Source: Bacillales bacterium
Lineage (GTDB): Bacteria; Bacillota; Bacilli; Bacillales; JAVBJX01
Assembly: GCA_031546705.1 (NCBI GenBank)
Contig: JAVBJX010000005.1
Span: forward strand, 20,992 to 84,991
Length of the DNA stretch: 64,000 bases
Direction of reading: 5' to 3'
Position numbers and translations under genes: made by a program. Positions 9,647 through 16,505 of the stretch are shown piece after piece (position 1 is the stretch's first letter; the number at the start of each line of letters is the position of its first letter). The notes below the pieces were generated by a model. It had not been told where the DNA came from and did no database searches. It saw only the letters and a list, made by a program, of their open reading frames with translations.

Positions 9647-10240
9647 ATGCTAAGAAAACTTGCAGGAAGTGTAACTTTTTTATTGAAGAAAAATAGAATT
9701 ATAGAAAAAGAAGATTCTGAGATTTATTCTTATGGACTAGAGCTATTGATTTCTAATGGAATTACATTGTTAGCTATTGTAAGTACAGGAGCAATACTAA
9801 ATAAATTGGATTTAACATTTATCTTCCTACTAGTATTTTGTGGATTAAGGATTTTTACAGGTGGTTACCATGCAAAAAGTTTTTGGGGATGTTTTCTGAT
9901 TTCAAATATAACCTATCTAGTTATCATGATAGGTAGCTTATTAGTAGCTTCTTTAATACAAGGAGAATTAGGGCTTTTATTTACATTTGTTTCTTTATTA
10001 GTAATATATAATTTCGCTCCAGTAGAACATCAAAATAAACTGAAATCAGATTCTGATATTTTAAAAAATAGAGCATTTAGTAGACACATATCCATATATG
10101 TTTTAGGAATTTGTTTGCTGATGTACACATTAGGAGGAGTTTTTGAAAAATATGTATTTGTGATTGGCTGTTCGTTATTGGCTGTTGCCATTAACATAGT
10201 AGTTAGTTTGAACAATAAAGGAGGTGAGAAAAATGAGTGA
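9647..10240 (+). CDS. agrB: AgrB-family membrane endopeptidase (autoinducer-peptide maturation)
   Basis: Multi-TM protein with a GGYHAKSFWGC motif; the His and Cys are 7 residues apart, as for the AgrB catalytic pair. ATG at 9647 is preferred (7 nt after GAGGTG) over the TTG at 9641. Confidence 0.85.
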   Translation: MLRKLAGSVTFLLKKNRIIEKEDSEIYSYGLELLISNGITLLAIVSTGAILNKLDLTFIFLLVFCGLRIFTGGYHAKSFWGCFLISNITYLVIMIGSLLVASLIQGELGLLFTFVSLLVIYNFAPVEHQNKLKSDSDILKNRAFSRHISIYVLGICLLMYTLGGVFEKYVFVIGCSLLAVAINIVVSLNNKGGEKNE

Positions 10241-10394
10241 GTTAAAGAGAAGTATTTTAAAGTTAGTTGCAAAATCAGCAAAGAAGACAGCTTTATTTTC
10301 ACCGCATACCATGTCTTCGTACTTTACTTACGAACCGAAAATGCCAGAACAGTTAAGGGGAAAGTTGGAAATTAAAGAAGTAGGTGAAGAGTAG
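10233..10394 (+). CDS. agrD: AgrD-like autoinducing-peptide precursor (53 aa; not in the ORF track)
   Basis: ATG overlaps the agrB stop by 8 nt, with GGAGGTGAG upstream. Sequence: MSELKRSILKLVAKSAKKTALFSPHTMSSYFTYEPKMPEQLRGKLEIKEVGEE. It has an amphipathic basic N-helix, a short Ser-containing core and a conserved acidic YEPKxP..L recognition tail. Confidence 0.75.
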   Translation: MSELKRSILKLVAKSAKKTALFSPHTMSSYFTYEPKMPEQLRGKLEIKEVGEE

Positions 10395-10563
10395 TTTAAT
10401 ACGGTAGCTAGGAAGGATATGTTTAACATATCTCAATTACAATGAACACACGAATACAAATAAGAATTGGCTTTGAAAGACCTGACTAATTCAGGAGATA
10501 TCTTGATTCTTTTTTGTAGAATGTGAATGAAAATTATCATAATAAACTTAGGAGGTCACAATC

Positions 10564-10911
10564 ATGAAATTCGTAAAACGTTTAGTCGGTTCAGTTGTTT
10601 TATGTTCATCACTTTTTACTTTTGCTGGTAGTTTGTCTGCAAGTGCAAGTGGGATGGAAATACAGCCAAGGGTTGAAGCATGTCCAGTCTACGGTGCTCA
10701 TCAATATAATGGTCAGTCATCACTTTACCAAGACGGTACTAGGACAGCAATCAATTCAGTCTATAGGGGGACTGGATCAGATGGAGCTCCTGTATTTGAA
10801 AATTGCACAGAAACATTTGGAATCATGAAATATAAAAAAATCTGTGCTTGTGGTGATTACAAAGTAACTTATTCACATGACCAAATGCTAAAACATTCAA
10901 TTAAGCATTAA
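10564..10911 (+). CDS. Small secreted protein of unknown function (4 Cys in the mature part)
   Basis: Strong SD (AGGAGG). Sec signal peptide with an ASA-type cleavage site (..SLSASASG). No family recognised. Confidence 0.7.
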   Translation: MKFVKRLVGSVVLCSSLFTFAGSLSASASGMEIQPRVEACPVYGAHQYNGQSSLYQDGTRTAINSVYRGTGSDGAPVFENCTETFGIMKYKKICACGDYKVTYSHDQMLKHSIKH

Positions 10912-10925
10912 TAATTTTATTTAAC

Positions 10926-10965
10926 AGAAGTATTTCACAGGGTAAAATTATTGTGAAATACTTCT
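10926..10965 (+). terminator. Intrinsic terminator
   Basis: Perfect 14-bp stem AGAAGTATTTCACA..TGTGAAATACTTCT directly after the stop codon. Confidence 0.75.
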
Positions 10966-11251
10966 AATGTTATTTTATTAAGTATACAATGAAAGATTTT
11001 CAGAAAAATAATCAAAAAAATATAGACTCTACCCCAAAATCAATTCTTGACGAAATAGTATAAGGAAAAGTAATAAAAAAACATTTGAGTAGCTGTTACA
11101 TACAAACAAAGGATTATTTTTGGCATGTAACTGAAAAACATATGAGCTAATTTATGGCAAGAACAGATTTTAGGAAATACCCAAAATATATATACGAATA
11201 ATTTATTGAAATATTAGATATACACTAAAAAATACAAGGAGAACGAATACT

Positions 11252-13009
11252 ATGTCTAAAAGATTCCACAAAATTTTATCCATCCTTGCTTTATTTACAT
11301 TTACCATTTTAACTGGCTGTGAAATAACATTGTCATCTCTAAAAAATGAGCACTCAATTTCATCTATCCAAGAAACAATTGATTATTTATCTTCAGAAAA
11401 ACTAGAAGGACGTTTAGTTGGAACTAACGGAAATGAGGATGCAGGCAATTATTTGGCGGAGCAGTTCAAAAGTTTAAATCTTCTTCCGTATAGTGGAGAT
11501 AGTTTTCTAGTTCCATATAAGCAAGAAATATATGATACAGGTGAGCAGTCTTTACAATTAACAAAGAATAACCAAGTCACCACTTTTCAACATGAAAAAG
11601 ATTTTTTTGAAACCCATATTGGAAATGCGAATGTTATAGGAGAAGTGACAGTTGATAAGAAGCAACCAACAAAAAATAAAATCATTGCTATTGAAAATTT
11701 TAATGAGCTATCAAAAGATAGAAATCAAACAAAGCTTATATTTGTAAAGAGGAATCCTTTTATGAAAGTACCACGAATGACGCAAAGTAACACAACACCT
11801 ATGGTGCAAGTAAGTGAGGAGGTTTTTAAGCAATTAACAGAACCAAATGTGATAGTTACATATAAAAGTAACTGGTTGAAAAAAACAATCACAGCTAATA
11901 ATGTTATAGGAAAACTTTCAAATGGACATGACCATCCGCATGAGGAAGCCATTGTTATATCGGCTCACTTTGATGGTATTGGAAAAATAAATAATCAAAC
12001 AGTTAAAGGTACACTTGACAATGCAAGTGGCGTTGCTACATTATTAGATATTGTTCCAGAGTTATCAAAACTGGGAACTGACTATCATCGAGATATTATC
12101 ATTGTAGCTTTCAATGGAGAAGAATCAGGATTAAAAGGAAGTAAAGATTTTGTTGAGAACTTAAAATCTACATATAATCGTATAATGAATGTGAATATTG
12201 ATTGTGTGGGAACAAGTTATAAGGTGTCTGTTTTAGGAGAAGCAGAAAGTGAGTACACAAAGTTTACTTTAGATTATTTTAATCATCTTGTGAAACCAGA
12301 TTTTTATATGGAAATAGGTGACATGGTGAGCGATCACCAATCATTTTTAGATGCTGGATATGAAGGGATTACTTTTGGGACAGTACCAAATGAATACAAA
12401 CAGATTCACACGGTTAATGATAATCAACCAATTAATGTAAATATAGTGGAGAAACTAAGTGAAACCATTTCAAAATTTGTACAAAAATTAGAAGAAGCCG
12501 AATTTCCATCCCCACATGCTATAAAAAGTACAGCATTTGAAGATTGTTCTCAAATTAACAAACTAGTACAGAACATAAATGGATATATCTTAAAAACTTG
12601 TGAAGGAACAATCGCAGAGAATACACAAGGGAAAAAAGTACAAAATCTTTTTCTGGATTATGTAAAAGAAAAATTAGCCCTTTCACTTGATATTTGGAGA
12701 AATGAAGTGCCAAGTGTGGTAAATTCCAATGAGAAAAAATATGAGCCAATTCAACAAGGAGATTGGACATTTTATTTTCCGAAATTTCACCCTCATGTGG
12801 TATCATTCAAAAAGGGAAATGATGTTTTTTGGATATCTATTATGAATGGAAAAATCATGAAATTTAATAGTAATGGTAGTATTGCTTCAATTGCAGACGC
12901 TCTTTCACTTAAAAATACTGAACAGTTTATGAAGTGGTGGACAGATGAGAAGTTGGAAGAAAATGTGTCAAAGATTATTGAATCTATGAATAACCCATCG
13001 GTTAAGTAA
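11252..13009 (+). CDS. M28-family metallopeptidase lipoprotein with a C-terminal extension
   Basis: Lipobox LTGC. M28 motifs NVIGKL, ISAHFDG, DNASGVATLL, AFNGEESGLKGS and SDHQSF. About 170 extra C-terminal residues of unknown function. Confidence 0.8.
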   Translation: MSKRFHKILSILALFTFTILTGCEITLSSLKNEHSISSIQETIDYLSSEKLEGRLVGTNGNEDAGNYLAEQFKSLNLLPYSGDSFLVPYKQEIYDTGEQSLQLTKNNQVTTFQHEKDFFETHIGNANVIGEVTVDKKQPTKNKIIAIENFNELSKDRNQTKLIFVKRNPFMKVPRMTQSNTTPMVQVSEEVFKQLTEPNVIVTYKSNWLKKTITANNVIGKLSNGHDHPHEEAIVISAHFDGIGKINNQTVKGTLDNASGVATLLDIVPELSKLGTDYHRDIIIVAFNGEESGLKGSKDFVENLKSTYNRIMNVNIDCVGTSYKVSVLGEAESEYTKFTLDYFNHLVKPDFYMEIGDMVSDHQSFLDAGYEGITFGTVPNEYKQIHTVNDNQPINVNIVEKLSETISKFVQKLEEAEFPSPHAIKSTAFEDCSQINKLVQNINGYILKTCEGTIAENTQGKKVQNLFLDYVKEKLALSLDIWRNEVPSVVNSNEKKYEPIQQGDWTFYFPKFHPHVVSFKKGNDVFWISIMNGKIMKFNSNGSIASIADALSLKNTEQFMKWWTDEKLEENVSKIIESMNNPSVK

Positions 13010-13047
13010 CATAACGTGAGTTCAGCGAAATAAAAGGTGGAAAAATA

Positions 13048-13108
13048 AAAATCTATCCCAAATCTGTTAAAATAAGGTCACCGAAGCCAAACAGAAGGGA
13101 TAGATTTT
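13048..13108 (+). terminator. Hairpin with T-tract after the peptidase gene
   Basis: AAAATCTATCCC..GGGATAGATTTT 12-bp stem with a large loop. Confidence 0.4.
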
Positions 13109-13109
13109 T

Positions 13110-13184
13110 ATGCAAGAATTCTTACTACCTATTTTCTGTGATGTAGATGACTTTTATTTTACTGTCCTATTAGTTATACAATAA
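13110..13184 (+). mobile_element. Relic of an IS982-type transposase N-terminus (24 codons then a stop)
   Basis: MQEFLLPIFCDVDDFYFTVLLVIQ*. The IFCxVDDF motif is, from memory, the conserved N-terminal motif of IS982-family transposases. No DDE domain follows. Confidence 0.35.
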
Positions 13185-13224
13185 GGTGATGATTGCGACT
13201 CATATCCAATCATCACCTTATTGT
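13178..13224. repeat. Perfect 17-bp inverted repeat (not a canonical terminator)
   Basis: ACAATAAGGTGATGATT-N13-AATCATCACCTTATTGT. No U-tract follows it on either strand. Adjacent to the IS relic. Confidence 0.6.
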
Positions 13225-13258
13225 AAAAAATATTATATATGATTGGAGTGTATGACAA

Positions 13259-14244
13259 ATGAAGAAATACATCTTTCTTTTGTTTCTTCTTTTTTTGGTA
13301 GGATGTAACAAACAGGAAAATACACAGATTCTTTTACTGGAAAGTAACCTAGATCAAGTCAATTCCACATCGTATTTAAAAATACTGAACAGTAATTTGA
13401 ACTCTGTCAAAGATATACCTATTTCTGCTAATGGCTTAGAGAAATTGTATGTTGATAATGATAATATACATATTTTCGGAAAATACAATTCAAAAGCAAT
13501 TCAAATACACGAAGAAAAGGTATCAATTAAATCATCAGAATACCCACACCCACTAATTGAAAATTTTCTTGGTACAGGGAATATGATAGTATATAATTAT
13601 TATCAAAATAATTAAAATTACTATACTTATCAATTTATTTATAATAACAAACAGAAAAAGACACTTCGAGTAAAGGGAATACCTTATCATTGTCAAAGTA
13701 ATGGAAAGAATATTTATGTATATGTGAGGGATATGCAAAAACCTACAAGTCAACAATTTTCTGTAATAGAAATTAACTTCAATGAAGCAAAAATCCAAAG
13801 AACCCTTCCAATGGATGGAGAGTATATGATTGCTGACATGAAGTTTTATAATGACCATATGTATTTGCTAGTGAATGGGTTTGATAGTATTGAAGGAGAT
13901 GCGAAATTATTTATTTATAGATTACAGGATTTACAAAAAAAACAGTTGATTTTCTTGGTCAATATAACTCCAATATTTTTATCGAAAGCGGGTATATATA
14001 TATTCTTCAACTTGCGGGTGTAGATGAATCACATCTACTGAAATACAATAACAAACTAGAAACGGTCTTAAAAATGTATAAATTAGAGGGTAAAGTAAAT
14101 AAAGCTGTTTTACAGGAAGATGAATTAATCTTTGTTAGTACAAAAGATAGTAAAAAGAAATTGATTGTCTTGAATTTAAAGAACAGTAAAACTCAAGAAA
14201 CTTCTGTTCCTGATTTCACGCAAGATTTTGTTATTTGGAAGTAA
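13259..14244 (+). pseudogene. Decayed lipoprotein gene (one in-frame stop plus one frameshift)
   Basis: Lipobox LVGC. The reading frame continues through TAA at 13613-13615 in the same frame as ORF 13724..14023. It then shifts by one frame around the A8 run (13934-13941) and continues to the stop at 14242-14244 (..IESGYIYILQLAGVDESHLLKYNNKLETVLK...VIWK*). Confidence 0.65.
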
Positions 14245-14336
14245 ATATTCATGTAAATTTTCAAAATCAGTAAATTAATTTGTGATTATCTTGCTGTTTT
14301 AATTAAAATATGATGTAAGGGGATTAAAAAATAGTT

Positions 14337-14609
14337 ATGACTATATGTAAATATGGTTCTCTTATTTTATCTTTTACCTTTTTCTTTTGGTGGGTACATG
14401 AATTTTTACATGTTGGCCCTCCTTTTTCTTACAGTTTAGCCCCATACAGTATGTATGCATTGTACATTTCTATCTTATTATTTGGTATTTTTTTATACTG
14501 TACAAACAAATTTTCTTTAAAGAAAATTATACTCATACTTTTAATTATTGTTCTTGTGATTATTTTGTTCTTGCTATCTCTTGTTATAAGTGCTTTGATG
14601 GGTTCTTGA
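14337..14609 (+). CDS. Small hydrophobic membrane protein, unknown function
   Basis: 90-aa ORF with three hydrophobic stretches. Weak SD. Confidence 0.4.
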   Translation: MTICKYGSLILSFTFFFWWVHEFLHVGPPFSYSLAPYSMYALYISILLFGIFLYCTNKFSLKKIILILLIIVLVIILFLLSLVISALMGS

Positions 14610-15022
14610 TACTTGTCATTGTAATATTTTCAGTAAACTACAGAATTAGAATGAAATATTTATAAGTAAAAAATGTATAAATATTGATAAGTCAATTGGG
14701 TATCTTGAGAGTAAGTTATTACTTGAAGGATGCCCATTTTCAGAAGGTACAACCTTTGATTTTTACAATATATATATGGAGTCGATAAATCTATTAAAGA
14801 TCCCTATTGCCTTAAAAAAATATATACACAAAGAGATAGAATAATCCACAATAAAGAGAAGAATATAGGGAAAATCCTACTTGAAAACAAAATGGTAGAT
14901 ACAAAAAATCCGTATTTACTATCTGAAGAATTCTATACATATTTGTGATTTCATCCTCTTATTATTGAAATATGCTAATTGTTGTATATAATAAAGTTAT
15001 ACATACATAAGGGGTGATTGAT

Positions 15023-16039
15023 ATGACGGAAGAATATACAGCACTTGCAGAAGAAGTAACTCACAAAATGAAAGAAACGATAGAAGAACGAGAAAAACTC
15101 AAAGAACAATTAATAGAGTCAATAAATAGTGGAGTGACACAAGAAAATCTGATGAAATCTGTTATTCATGTTTATGAGCTGGAGAGTGCAAAGAAAAATA
15201 TTCCAACGATTGCAGAGAGTTTGAGAGAACTAGAGTTTTTTACACAACAAATAAATACCGTTTATTTACATTTAGGCTACCAAATGGATGGTGCATTGAA
15301 AGCAAAAGAAGTAGAGTTACAAGAAAAAAATAGTCTGATTGCAGATTTGCAAAACAAACAAGAAACAACATCAAAAGAACTAGTTGACTTAAATGGAAAT
15401 CATTCAGAACAGTCTCTGCATTTATCAAAAGTTGTCGGACAACTAAGACAATTAGAAGAACAACACGAAGAAATTACGCAAAATATGAAGAAACTAACAG
15501 AGGAATCTACGAAACTACAAGAACAACTCGAGAACTTACAAGCTGCTAACCAACAAGAAAAAGAAATAAATGAAAGACAATTAGAGCAACTAGAGAGAAT
15601 CAAACAACAAGCAAAAGAGCAATTAGAACAAGCAATTGAAAAAGCAAAAATTGAAAAAGATCGAACAGTTCTCAATATGCAAAAACAGTATCAAGTCCAA
15701 TTAGAAGAGTTGCGAACTACAAATCAACGGGTACAAAGAATCAATGAAACACAATCGGAGCAGTTAAAGAAGTTAGAAGAACAACGCAAAGAACAGTTAG
15801 AAGAAGCACAAGAAAAAATAGATCGAGCGTATGAGCAAGCAGACTTGGAAGCAGAAAAGGCAGAACTGGAAAAAGAAAGAATTATTCTCCATATGCAAAA
15901 ACAATATCAACAACAACTAGAAGAGTTACAAGCAACGCACTATCAAGAATTAATAAAACTGGTGGAAGAAAAAGTGAAGGAAACTGATGGGAAAAAGTCA
16001 TCAAAAAAATCAAAATCAGGGGATAAATCTAATAGATAA
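15023..16039 (+). CDS. Coiled-coil protein with an internal duplication and a Lys/Ser-rich tail
   Basis: ATG 8 nt after AGGGG. E/Q/K/L-rich heptad-like sequence throughout. No family recognised. Confidence 0.6.
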   Translation: MTEEYTALAEEVTHKMKETIEEREKLKEQLIESINSGVTQENLMKSVIHVYELESAKKNIPTIAESLRELEFFTQQINTVYLHLGYQMDGALKAKEVELQEKNSLIADLQNKQETTSKELVDLNGNHSEQSLHLSKVVGQLRQLEEQHEEITQNMKKLTEESTKLQEQLENLQAANQQEKEINERQLEQLERIKQQAKEQLEQAIEKAKIEKDRTVLNMQKQYQVQLEELRTTNQRVQRINETQSEQLKKLEEQRKEQLEEAQEKIDRAYEQADLEAEKAELEKERIILHMQKQYQQQLEELQATHYQELIKLVEEKVKETDGKKSSKKSKSGDKSNR

Positions 16040-16084
16040 ATTTTCAGAGATGGAAAATTGGCATCCAAATATTTCCAAAAACCA

Positions 16085-16113
16085 TTGACAAACAAAAAAG
16101 TCAATGTTAGGAT
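16085..16113 (+). promoter_or_regulatory. Putative sigma-A promoter of the bmrCD leader
   Basis: TTGACA-17 nt-TAGGAT, with TG at the extended -10 position. Confidence 0.4.
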
Positions 16114-16152
16114 GAAAAAGTGTTAAAAAATCAATTAAAGGAGGTTAGCGTC

Positions 16153-16218
16153 ATGAAAAATGTAAATGCTGTACAACAAATGAATATTCGACGTGATCTC
16201 CAACTAATAGTTGTCTAA
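16153..16218 (+). CDS. Leader peptide sORF (21 aa) upstream of bmrCD-like genes
   Basis: AAAGGAGG 8 nt upstream. Sequence MKNVNAVQQMNIRRDLQLIVV*. Codons RRDL (ACGTGATCT, 16191-16199) are complementary to the 5' arm of the first downstream terminator (AGATCACGT, 16243-16251). Confidence 0.5.
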   Translation: MKNVNAVQQMNIRRDLQLIVV

Positions 16219-16238
16219 AATTATTTCAGATAATTCAA

Positions 16239-16361
16239 GCATAGATCACGTTCCTTTCTAGGGCGTGGTGTGTGCTTTTTTAAAGCATGTCGCCTCTGTT
16301 GCGGTGTGCTTTTTTTGTGCTCACTAAAAGTGGAAAGGAAAATCATCCTTTCCGCTTTTTT
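16239..16361 (+). terminator. Three consecutive terminator-like hairpins (attenuator region)
   Basis: T1: 16239-16275 plus T6. T2: AGCATGTCGC..GCGGTGTGCT, 16284-16310, plus T7. T3: GGAAAGGA..TCCTTTCC, 16332-16353, plus GCTTTTTT. Confidence 0.65.
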
Positions 16362-16409
16362 GTACATATTGTTCTAAATGTAAAGGGTGAGAAATTTTTA
16401 GGGGGGATA

Positions 16410-16469
16410 ATGATGGCTAGATTTTTGATGTTTACGGTAATAGGAAAGGAAACACTTGATAGTGGTTAG
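16410..16469 (+). CDS. Possible second leader sORF (19 aa)
   Basis: AGGGGGG SD 3-6 nt before ATGATG. Sequence MMARFLMFTVIGKETLDSG*. Ends 36 nt before the bmrC-like start. Confidence 0.3.
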   Translation: MMARFLMFTVIGKETLDSG

Positions 16470-16505
16470 TGAATACAAATTTGAAAATTAAAAGGGGGCG
16501 ATAGG

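Noticed and set aside
10395-10563. Search for LytTR-type 21-bp-spaced repeats upstream of the small secreted protein gene.
   Set aside because: Only loosely similar ACAATGAA/ACAAATAA motifs at 17-bp spacing were found, which is not the expected geometry.
16287-16469. 60-aa ORF in the bmrCD leader region.
   Set aside because: Its 5' half runs through terminator hairpins T2 and T3 and has no SD. Only the last 19 codons (16410-16469) have a ribosome-binding site, and these are reported separately as a low-confidence sORF.
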